This document shows, one piece after another, positions 34,875 to 42,746 of a stretch of 53,727 bases of DNA. A program made the position numbers and the translations under genes. The stretch is taken from contig CP070680.1 in NCBI GenBank assembly GCA_020352555.1, forward strand, positions 1,991,569 through 2,045,295, written 5' to 3'. Source of the stretch: a candidate division WOR-3 bacterium. GTDB lineage: Bacteria; Hydrothermota; Tepidihabitantia; Tepidihabitantales; Tepidihabitantaceae. A model generated the notes under the pieces. The model made no database searches. It had not been told where the DNA came from and worked only from the letters and a program-made list of their open reading frames with translations. The stretch's first letter is position 1, and every line of letters starts with the position of its first letter.

Positions 34875-35753
34875 ATGAGCAAACCCGCCCGCAAGCAACA
34901 GGATCCCACTCTCAAGCTGCTGACCGAAAGGTCCAGCTGTCGGAACTTCTACGCCCGGAAGATACCCGAGCGCGTCCTGAGCCAGGTTCTCGAAGCCGGC
35001 GTCCACGCCCCGACCGGCGGCAACCTTCAGCCATACTCAATCATCCGCATCGAGAAAGCGCAGACCCGCAGCAAGCTCGCCGAACTGTGCGGCCAGGCGT
35101 TCATCGGCCAGGCTCCGGTCGACCTGCTGTTCTGCATCGACTGGCACCGCTCCCGGCGCTGGGCCGAGCTCGAGCAGGCGCCGTTCACCGCCACCGATTC
35201 CTTCCGCCACTTCTGGATATCGTTCCAGGACACAATCATCTGCGCCCAAAACATCTGCACCGCGGCCGACGCAGTCGGGCTCGGCTCGGTCTATGTCGGC
35301 ACGGTCATGGACCTCATGCCTGATCTGCGCAGAATTCTGCGCCTGCCCGAAGGCGTGCTGCCCGTTGTACTGCTCAGCCTCGGGTATCCCAGGACCCGGC
35401 CGTCACCGCGCCCCAAGCTCGGAGCCGATGTGGTCGTGCACAGGGACTGGTACCGGGAACTGCCGGCCCGGGAACTCCGCGCCGCCCACGACGAGAAGTA
35501 TCAGCACTTCGGGTTTGAGATGAAGCCCGAAAAGCTCAAGCGCCTTGAGCAGGCCTGCCGCAAAGCCCATGGCGCGAAGTTCGCACGCGAGTGCGTCGAC
35601 GGCATCCTCAGGCGCGGGCATATCAACATGGCCCAGCAATACTTCGGTCTGCACTACTTCGCCGACGTCATGCCGGCCCATAACGACATGTTCCTCAAAT
35701 GGATGCGGGAATTCGGGTTCGGCTGGTTCAGGAAGTGGCGGCCGCGCCGCTGA
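34875..35753 (+). CDS. nitroreductase-family protein
   Basis: RSSCRNF....P...L..VLEAGVHAPTGGNLQPY and LGSVYVG motifs. AAGAGGAA SD. Confidence 0.85.
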   Translation: MSKPARKQQDPTLKLLTERSSCRNFYARKIPERVLSQVLEAGVHAPTGGNLQPYSIIRIEKAQTRSKLAELCGQAFIGQAPVDLLFCIDWHRSRRWAELEQAPFTATDSFRHFWISFQDTIICAQNICTAADAVGLGSVYVGTVMDLMPDLRRILRLPEGVLPVVLLSLGYPRTRPSPRPKLGADVVVHRDWYRELPARELRAAHDEKYQHFGFEMKPEKLKRLEQACRKAHGAKFARECVDGILRRGHINMAQQYFGLHYFADVMPAHNDMFLKWMREFGFGWFRKWRPRR

Positions 35754-35756
35754 CTC

Positions 35757-37907
35757 CTACTCCGTCTTCACCACTTTGCCGGTTGCCTGAAGCTGCCCTG
35801 TACTGAGTTCAACCAGATACACCCCCACGCTCAACCCGTGAAGGTCCAGCCCGGTCTCATGCCTGCCTGCTGCCCGGAACTGGGGCTCGGTCGTCATCAC
35901 CAGCCTTCCTGATACGTCGAGCACCCGAATCCTGACTTCGGCGGCATCGCCCAGCGAGAACCTGACCACCGCATGCCTGCCTACCGGGTTGCTCACTGAC
36001 AACGGCATCCTGCTGCTACGTTCCCGGCACAGCTCCGCAATCGCGTCCGGCCGGAACTCGTCCGCACCGATGTCAGGAGTCGCAGGGTTGCGCGAGTCGC
36101 CGTCCAGGTCCCGCAGTATACCGGGTGTTGGAACTCCAGAATCCCGGCACGCAGAACCGGACGACAGGTGGAAGTCGCCGCTCTCTTCGAACATCGGGTC
36201 TTGGGCGATGCTGCGGCCGTCCTGACCCAGAACCCGCCAGTCACCGAGCCTGGGATACAGCGTGCCGTTCACAAGCGCCGTATTGCCGCTGGTCCCGGAC
36301 GAGTACAGGTCGTTGTGGTCGCTTGCCCCGGCAGCGAATGGAAAGGCCCCTTCCACGCGGTAGCAGGCCGAGCTGTCCAGGCCCCGGTTCCAGAAGATGT
36401 TGTCCAGCGACCGGCAGCCCGAGACGTCACGGAACATGACGCCCGACACACCGCCCTGCTCCGGGCTGACGATGGTGTTGTAGAACAGCCGCGTCGAGTC
36501 CGCGCGGTCCAAGAGCACGCCGCTCCCGGTCCAGGCGGTCACGAAGTTGTTGGCGATGACCGCGCGCCGAACGCCGCCGCCCTGCGCAAGGATGCCGTAT
36601 TCAGCCTCGGCCAGTACCGTCATTTCCATCAACGTATCGTCCGCGCAGTCTCCGGACAGTTCGACCGCCGCCACACCGGCCACACCCGCTACAGTGCCGA
36701 GCGAGCAGGTCTGGACCGCGACACGGCTGCTGTTCTCGATCGACAGCGCCGCTTCGCTCACCGTGCCGCGGGTCCGGACGTGTCTGAACCTCACGTCGTC
36801 CGACCGCCGGACCACGATGCCGCTGCGGAAGCTGCCCGCCATCTGGACAAAATCGAAGCTGCTGCCCGGACAGGAGTCGACCAGCAGCCCGAACCCGGTG
36901 TCCGCCTGCACCCCGAGCGCCTGGGTGCTCTCGACCGCGCACCTCGGCGAGCGGTCGAAGAACATCGAAACCGTAGGCTGGCCCATTATCGACAGCACCC
37001 TGACCGAGCAGTCCTCAGACCTGGACAGCCAGAACGCCCGGGGCGCACTGGTGACGAGCATCGGTATCAAGTACCTGAGCGAATCGCAACGGTCGAAAAA
37101 GGCGCCGGCCTCGGTCGGCCCGGCAGCGGTGCAGCTGTCGAACAGCATCCGGTTCGAGCCGACCGCGTGGATGCCGTACTCGGGCGACCCGCGGCTGAAA
37201 CACCGCCAGAACGTTCCGTCCCGCGTGTCCTCGAGCCTGAGCCCGAAGAGCAGCGGGTCCATCACCGTCATCCGGTAGACCGAGACGTCGCTCCCGCCTC
37301 GGACCAGCATGCCGGTGCCTACGGTGCCCGGCATCGAGCAGCGGTACACATCCACGAACCGGCAGTCCCGCAACTCCACTCCCCGGCTTCCGACCCCGCT
37401 AAGCGGGACCTCGACCCGTACCGAGTCGAGCTCCAGCGACTCGCACCGGACCGCATGTACTCCCACTTCGCATGAATCGACGACCCGGCCTGAGCCCAGG
37501 CGCAGGTTCCGGGAATCCCTGAATCTTACCGCCGCGCTCCCGCTGTCGCGCGCACCCATGAAACGCAGACGGTGCAGCATCACATTGTCCGTACTCTCGA
37601 CTGAGAAAGCGTAACGCGCGCCCGCCGCATCAATCGTCGCCGGAAGCTGTGGGGAACGGAAAGTGGTCCTGAAGCTCCCGCTGTTCGCCACCGAGCGGAC
37701 AACGACCGGCCCGGTGTAGGTGCCGGTCGCTATCCGGAACTCGACGTCACCGCCCAGCCCCCGGTTCGACAGCGCTGCAGCCGCTTCCTGCACCGTGGCA
37801 AAGCTGTCCACTCCCGGCCCGCCAGGCCCGACCGGGTACACTCCGCTCATCGGCTGGGCCGAAGCAAAGGCGGTCAACAGGCAGAAAAGCACAAGACGCG
37901 TTCTCAA
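35757..37907 (-). CDS. secreted right-handed beta-helix repeat protein with T9SS-type C-terminal sorting domain
   Basis: TTG start with an AGGAG SD. Signal peptide. Many beta-helix turns. C-terminal ...VRIRVLDVSGRLV....GLSVGVYLVEL....GKVVKTE. Confidence 0.85.
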   Translation of the reverse strand: MRTRLVLFCLLTAFASAQPMSGVYPVGPGGPGVDSFATVQEAAAALSNRGLGGDVEFRIATGTYTGPVVVRSVANSGSFRTTFRSPQLPATIDAAGARYAFSVESTDNVMLHRLRFMGARDSGSAAVRFRDSRNLRLGSGRVVDSCEVGVHAVRCESLELDSVRVEVPLSGVGSRGVELRDCRFVDVYRCSMPGTVGTGMLVRGGSDVSVYRMTVMDPLLFGLRLEDTRDGTFWRCFSRGSPEYGIHAVGSNRMLFDSCTAAGPTEAGAFFDRCDSLRYLIPMLVTSAPRAFWLSRSEDCSVRVLSIMGQPTVSMFFDRSPRCAVESTQALGVQADTGFGLLVDSCPGSSFDFVQMAGSFRSGIVVRRSDDVRFRHVRTRGTVSEAALSIENSSRVAVQTCSLGTVAGVAGVAAVELSGDCADDTLMEMTVLAEAEYGILAQGGGVRRAVIANNFVTAWTGSGVLLDRADSTRLFYNTIVSPEQGGVSGVMFRDVSGCRSLDNIFWNRGLDSSACYRVEGAFPFAAGASDHNDLYSSGTSGNTALVNGTLYPRLGDWRVLGQDGRSIAQDPMFEESGDFHLSSGSACRDSGVPTPGILRDLDGDSRNPATPDIGADEFRPDAIAELCRERSSRMPLSVSNPVGRHAVVRFSLGDAAEVRIRVLDVSGRLVMTTEPQFRAAGRHETGLDLHGLSVGVYLVELSTGQLQATGKVVKTE

Positions 37908-38023
37908 GACTTGACTCCTGCAGTTTGTCCGAGGAATTGCGCCCGCAAGATGATACGCCTGGCCGTGCTTCTGGGCAAGCCGGGCCCGAACCGGTGAGGA
38001 AGCCGAAGCTGTCTGTCACTCGA

Positions 38024-38618
38024 TCACACGATCCCTGAAACACTCGGCCGCTTCCCTTCACCCGTAGCTGACTCTGTGGATTGTGACAAGCTCTCGGCCT
38101 CAGAAATGGCATTGTAGATGATGTCTATCTGGACCCTTGTCACGCTGTCGGTTTCGACCGTTGCCAGCTGGATGTTGCATTGTCCGTCGGACCCGCACGC
38201 GTGGTACAGGGAGTCTTCTCTGACAAAGATGCTGCACTTGCCCGGAATCAGGGCCATCTGGAAGAAACCGGTCCGGTTCGACCAGCCTGGTCCCGACGTT
38301 CCGGAAGAACATGCCGCGCTCTACCCCTTCGACCTGGCCCGAATTGGTCAGTTCGAATGGATACTCCGCCCGGCGTACTGGGGTGATCTTGCCCCAGGAC
38401 AAGGGCATGAAATCGCCCTCCCAGAACTAGACGTTCCCCCAGACTCCCTGCTCTATTGTCACCTGGCTCTGCGTGTCGGGCGGATACCTCCCGTAGCCTC
38501 CTTCCGGCACCCAGTCGCACGCGACCGGCACGAGCACCAGAGCAGGTACTGCGGTCACCAGGGCCCAAGAGCCTCTGGACGCCAGCTGCCTGTCGCTTCC
38601 CGGCACAAGGGTCATCAT
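38024..38618 (-). pseudogene. lipoprotein gene interrupted by an in-frame TAG (38427..38429) and a -1 frameshift near 38270-38290
   Basis: MMTLVPGS...ALVLVPVAC lipobox then ...VTIEQGVWGNV-TAG-FWEGDFMPLSWGK...FELTNSG...GMFFRNVGTRLVEP in one frame. The sequence continues as ...GFFQMALIPGKCSIFVRED...VQIDIIYNA in the -1 frame. ORFs 38427..38681 and 38100..38408 share a frame. Confidence 0.45.
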
Positions 38619-38687
38619 CTGGTTCTGAGCTGCCCCAGTCCGAAGTGTCGACTCGCGATCCCGAAATCGCGGGAGTGTCACCGGTCG

Positions 38688-40745
38688 TCAGCCCTTGGCG
38701 CCATGGCCGGCAGCCCGGGCAGTGCCGGACACGAAGCGGACTGAGTCGGCTGTGTAGACCCGCCCGATGTGCTGGTCTACCAGGTCGTCGATCTGGCGCT
38801 CGATCACGGTCCTCGGCACCGCAGGCGTTCCCAGGTGAAGACGAGCCAGTAGACGGTCGGCTCGTGAGACGGACTTTTGTCCGATTCGGTCCAGCGTCTG
38901 CAGCAGCCGCGCGATTTCCTCCTCGGTGTTCTCGATCCCGAAACTGACCCGGACCAGACCGACCAGCAACTTCTCCATCAGGCCCGGGGCCAGGGCCAGG
39001 CCGAAGTGGCCGACCGTGTCCATGACCGCGGTCACGCCCAGCAATGACTTGACGTACATGTTCGCGCAGAAACAGCCGTTCCGCACACCGATCCCGCCTG
39101 ACTCGCCCAGTCGTTTGGCCAGCAGGTTGTGCGGTAGACGCCGTGACTCGAAGCAGACCACCGCACCACGGCGCCGGAGGCGCTCCGGATCCGGGTCCGC
39201 GTCCCCGTAGACCCTTACATCCTGTCTGCTACTCAGCCCTTCGAGCACCGCAGCGGTCAATCTCTGCTCCTCCTCGGCAATCGTGTCCAGCCCGACCTGC
39301 CGAAGCAGCCGTATCGCCATGCCCAGCGCCGCGATGCCGGTGATGTTCTCCTCGCCAGACTTGACCGCGCGGTCGAACCTCGGGTCAGCAAGGTCGATCA
39401 GGCCCTTGCGTGCGATGACTCCCCCAGACCCGAAGGGCGCGTACATCTTGTGTCCGGAGAAAGCGAGCAAATCCACGTTCCACTCCCGCATCCGGATCGG
39501 CCGGTGCGCGGCCAGTTGGGCGGCGTCGACCAACACCCGAGCATCATAGCGGTGTGCAACGCCGACGAGCCGGGCGATATCGTTGTAGGTGCCCGTTACG
39601 TTCGACGCGCCGCATGCGGCCACAAGCCGGATCCGCTTCCGACCGTGCCGCACGTCCCGGTTGTATTCCCGCAACACCGCCTCAAGCCGGGCAAGGTCCA
39701 TGAACCCCTCGGCGTCGACCGGCAGGCGTATCAACCCTGCCCTCGGGCAATACCGCCACGGCAGCTCATTGGAATTGTGCTCCAGCAGCGTGTTTAGCAC
39801 GACCGTCTCCTCGCTTCTGCCAAAGCCGGCGCTGACCATCTCCATCACGACGTTGATCGCCTCGGTCGTGCTCGAGGCAAACACAACGTCGTACCCAGCC
39901 TCCGGAGCTTCGAAGAAGTCGGCGCAGATTCGGCGGACCCGGGCAACCGCCGCCGGCCAGCGGTCCCCGGGCAGACGCCATGCCCGGCAGGCGGTTTGCC
40001 AGATCGGCTCGAAAGTCGGCGTGCTCGCGCCGTTGTCGAAATTGATGCCTGGCAGCTCACCGCACTCGGTCGGCACAGTGAGCCCGAACCCGACCAGCGA
40101 CCGTCTCAGCTTGAGCAATGCCGGCCGTCCGGTCAGCCCTTCGAGTCCGCCAAGGACGAACAACTCGGACTCCGAACAAATGCTGGGGTCGGAGCAGAAC
40201 GCGCCTGCTCCGTACGAATCCGTCAGCTGCAGGGCACGCGCCAGGGTGATTGCGCCGATGATGTTCGGGGTGCCGGGTTCGAATAGTTCGGGCGGGGTGG
40301 CCCAGGCAACCGATCGGCGGGAAACCATCCGAATCGTGCCACCGCCGGTCTCAAACGGTCTGCCCCGGGGCAGCGCGCCCTTTCTGACCGCGGCCGCTCT
40401 CAGCCCCAGCGGCAGACCGAGCTCCCGGCTCGACACCACCCTGACCCGCTCCGGCTTTCGGACGTGGCCCAGGAGCAGGGCCAGCCGGCGCGGGCTGCAG
40501 AACACGACCGTATGTCCGTCCGGGTCCAACCCGAGATGCTCGAGCACAACCAGACGCGCCACCTCGTAGAGCGCGGTGGTGATTATCGAACTGTGACCGG
40601 TCCCGCGGTGGACGTTCGAGTACCGCGCAAGCGCCGCTCGGATTGAACGCTCCAGGTCGTCGAAGGCGCGACCTGGCTTTGCCGCGGACCCGACCGCCGG
40701 CCGGTCACCGCTCACAGAAGCACCTGACGTGACGCGGGGGCGCAA
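38688..40745 (-). CDS. class V aminotransferase / cysteine desulfurase-like protein with an extra truncated N-terminal module
   Basis: Residues 30-200 carry YSNVHRGTGH...FEPGTPNIIGAITLARAL. The complete second module has VVFASSTTEAINVV, LEHNSNELPW, SGHKMYAPFGSGG (PLP-Lys) and VRNGCFCAN (Cys loop). TTG 40745; start uncertain. Confidence 0.85.
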   Translation of the reverse strand: MRPRVTSGASVSGDRPAVGSAAKPGRAFDDLERSIRAALARYSNVHRGTGHSSIITTALYEVARLVVLEHLGLDPDGHTVVFCSPRRLALLLGHVRKPERVRVVSSRELGLPLGLRAAAVRKGALPRGRPFETGGGTIRMVSRRSVAWATPPELFEPGTPNIIGAITLARALQLTDSYGAGAFCSDPSICSESELFVLGGLEGLTGRPALLKLRRSLVGFGLTVPTECGELPGINFDNGASTPTFEPIWQTACRAWRLPGDRWPAAVARVRRICADFFEAPEAGYDVVFASSTTEAINVVMEMVSAGFGRSEETVVLNTLLEHNSNELPWRYCPRAGLIRLPVDAEGFMDLARLEAVLREYNRDVRHGRKRIRLVAACGASNVTGTYNDIARLVGVAHRYDARVLVDAAQLAAHRPIRMREWNVDLLAFSGHKMYAPFGSGGVIARKGLIDLADPRFDRAVKSGEENITGIAALGMAIRLLRQVGLDTIAEEEQRLTAAVLEGLSSRQDVRVYGDADPDPERLRRRGAVVCFESRRLPHNLLAKRLGESGGIGVRNGCFCANMYVKSLLGVTAVMDTVGHFGLALAPGLMEKLLVGLVRVSFGIENTEEEIARLLQTLDRIGQKSVSRADRLLARLHLGTPAVPRTVIERQIDDLVDQHIGRVYTADSVRFVSGTARAAGHGAKG

Positions 40746-40818
40746 TCACCTGTCCAGTGCGGGTTCCCTGCCCGGCGTGTGCATTCTCCTGGGCGGCAAT
40801 GAGACGGGGGAACCACTG

Positions 40819-40980
40819 TCATGCCTTGCGTACGCCTGCTTGTTTCCGCTCTCGGGGCCGAATCCTCACCCACGCGTCCGGCTTCCCGCACAGCCCGAGC
40901 CTCGACTTGTCACCACAGAAATGGCAGTGTCCCTGCGCCTTGGTGAAGATGGCCTGAGCTCCAGCGTCAGCCCTGTTCAC
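40819..40980 (-). CDS. hypothetical 53-aa Cys/His-containing peptide (Zn-ribbon/HNH-fragment-like), speculative
   Basis: GTG 40980 is placed 6 nt after the R1-module promoter. VNRADAGAQAIFTKAQGHCHFCGDKSRLGLCGKPDAW.... Below the ORF-track length cut-off, and no second HNH half. Confidence 0.25.
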   Translation of the reverse strand: MNRADAGAQAIFTKAQGHCHFCGDKSRLGLCGKPDAWVRIRPRERKQAGVRKA

Positions 40981-41115
40981 GCGGCCAAGATATTGTGACT
41001 GACTGGGGTGTCAAGCGGGCCGAATCTGGCTCCGGGGAATGCCAACTGCCTCGGGTTTCTCCCTCGTGTCCTTCGGAAACCGGTTGGCGTCGCCATTGTT
41101 CACCGTCCCGTCTGG
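40978..41115 (-). repeat. intergenic module copy R1
   Basis: Colinear with 47977..48120: 31/37 identical from the GTG through the -35, then shared GGGGAA(T/C)G and (T/C)CGGGT(T/C)TC(T)CCCT..GTC.TTCGGA.AA blocks at the same spacing. Confidence 0.6.
40987..41014 (-). promoter_or_regulatory. promoter TTGACA-N16-TATCTT then GGCCGC-GTG (module R1)
   Basis: Plus-strand tgtcaa at 41009..41014 and aagata at 40987..40992. Confidence 0.45.
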
Positions 41116-41404
41116 AACCCGATGCGACCGGGCTGCTTCTGTGCCAGCCGCGTCAGCTTGCGGATGGCGTCGCGTCGCAGCGGGATGGCCAGTCTGCCCG
41201 ATGTGCCGGCCTGACCCCTCAAGTCCGCATCAGCTCGTCTTCAGACTCCGACGCTGCCCGCCCCGGCACCAGGGCGGGCACTGCGGACACCACCGCCCAG
41301 AAGCCCCAGGCCCTCGGCCCGATGTCACCTCTCTGCAACCGACTCATGATTCTAGACCTCACCAGGAACGGTCGGTATGCAGGCCGCAAGCACGAGCGTC
41401 CTGT

Positions 41405-41460
41405 GTTTTCCCGAATCCGGGAAAACCGGCGGGCGTCGCCGTTGTCCTTCAGCTCCCGTC
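41405..41460 (-). repeat. partial module copy R2 with a 9-bp hairpin
   Basis: GGAAAACCGGCGGGCGTCGCCGTTGTCCTTCAGCTCCCGTC matches R1 GGAAACCGGTTGGCGTCGCCATTGTTCACCGTCCCGTC (41075..41113). Hairpin GTTTTCCCG-AATC-CGGGAAAAC at 41405..41426. Confidence 0.5.
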
Positions 41461-41483
41461 AGGGCGAATGTCGCGATTCAGCG

Positions 41484-42311
41484 CTATGGGCAGTAGTCGT
41501 CGTACAACTCGTCGACGTACTCGGCGACCAGTTCGGCCAGCTCGCCCACCTGTTCGTCGCCTACGTCCAGCAGCTGCGACGTGATGAAATGCCCGCCCGG
41601 ATGGCTCAGATAGGAGACCGAGACAGCCGAACCCCAGCCCGGGTCTTCCGGGTCCTGTTCCATGCTGACGATATACAGTTCGATGGCAGCCTTGTCGTCC
41701 GAGCGGACGACCTTGATTCCCAGCTCATGGACCCGCTCGCGGACCGCAGTGGCGAACTCACGGCCGATCACATCGTCTCCCGATTGCCGGACATAGACTC
41801 CGCTGCGGCGCGGCAACCTGACCACGCTCGCTGAACGGGGAGCCGGGCAGTAGACCACCGGGCCGCCGAAGATCAGGAAGTGCCACGAGCCGAAGACAGA
41901 GTAGCGATTGCGTCGCCACATGCCGCGCCTGCCGTGCGGCGGTCTGGGCGGCGGCCGCCAGCTGCCGCGGCGCCCGCGGTGGCCCCGACGTCGGTCACCG
42001 CTGCGGCGGTAGCCGGGGTCGCGCGTGGCGAGGGATACTTCTTCGGTGATGCTTGGCACGGGCAGGGTCACGGTGCTGAAGCTGGGGCTCGGCATCGGGA
42101 CGGCCTCGGGCCCCGGCCTATCGGCAGATGCGGTGCTTGAGGACTTCTGCTTGGCCGTCGGGCCCGGTTCGGAATGCTCCAACTCGGTCAGCTGGCCGGA
42201 AGAGCTGGTGACCGGCGTGCCGGCTGCGGACTCCGTGTCCTCGGAGGTTGATACTGCGAGGGCAAGCGCAACCAGCGCAGCAAGCGTGAAAAGGGCGATT
42301 CGGCTTCTCAT
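41484..42311 (-). CDS. hypothetical secreted protein with an Arg/Pro/Gly-rich low-complexity linker
   Basis: GGGAG SD then ATG 42311. Signal peptide MRSRIALFTLAALVALALAVS. Central ...RRSGDRRRGHRGRRGSWRPPPRPPHGRRGMWRR.... Acidic C-terminal domain. Confidence 0.6.
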   Translation of the reverse strand: MRSRIALFTLAALVALALAVSTSEDTESAAGTPVTSSSGQLTELEHSEPGPTAKQKSSSTASADRPGPEAVPMPSPSFSTVTLPVPSITEEVSLATRDPGYRRSGDRRRGHRGRRGSWRPPPRPPHGRRGMWRRNRYSVFGSWHFLIFGGPVVYCPAPRSASVVRLPRRSGVYVRQSGDDVIGREFATAVRERVHELGIKVVRSDDKAAIELYIVSMEQDPEDPGWGSAVSVSYLSHPGGHFITSQLLDVGDEQVGELAELVAEYVDELYDDYCP

Positions 42312-42430
42312 TATGACTCCCTTCGGTCGGCAGCAATGCCGCCCAGGCACGAGCAGCGGCTATCGCTGTCGTTCATCAACTCTATTGACCCGGCCCGCGG
42401 CACTATCCTGCGGTCCAGGCAACAGATCGG

Positions 42431-42678
42431 CCCGCGGCCGAGGTCGCCGCTCGGCCGGCTGGTCAAGCGGGCCAAGTCAGACTGCGGGAAATGTGGGGAG
42501 TATCCCGGGTTCCCGACAACCTGGAATCTGCAATCCAGTTCTTCCTTCTGTCCGGCCCCGCCCGGCTCAATCGGCAATCCAGAACCGAAAATCCACAGTC
42601 GCCTGGATGGTCTTGTGCCCGGGTCTCCCCCTGACGTCGTTCGGAAAACGGATGAGTCCCCACTGCCGCCTTTCAGCC
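42431..42678 (-). repeat. composite module copy R3 (proximal part 42431-42500, distal part 42618-42678, about 115-nt insert between)
   Basis: GGTCAAGCGGGCC.AAGTCAG matches R1/R4 proximal blocks. CCCGGGTCTCCCCCTGACGTCGTTCGGAAAACGGATGAG..TCCCCACTGCCGCCTTT matches R4 48048..48119. The -10 position is decayed (ACCTCG). Confidence 0.5.
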
Positions 42679-42746
42679 AGGGCGGACCTGCGCCACATCA
42701 CGACCCAAAAATCGGGATTCGTCAAGCGTGTGGAGAAGCCGGCCGG

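Noticed and set aside
38427-38429. In-frame TAG as programmed pyrrolysine or readthrough recoding.
   Set aside because: No pyl genes or PYLIS-like context are visible. A second lesion (a frameshift) lies about 150 nt downstream, so a pseudogene or sequence error is more parsimonious. It is still flagged for read-level checking.
41219-41347. 42-codon minus-strand ORF MSRLQRGDIGPRAWGFWAVVSAVPALVPGRAASESEDELMRT with one TM-like segment.
   Set aside because: No SD or promoter was recognised and there is no homology I can recall. It is too short to separate from chance in GC-rich DNA, so it is mentioned only as part of the gene-poor island.
40995-41834. 279-aa plus-strand ORF (with 41039..41584) spanning the gene-poor island and running antisense into the secreted-protein gene.
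   Set aside because: Arg/Pro/Ser-rich with no motif. It crosses the repeat modules and a hairpin, and half of it is antisense to a better-supported gene.
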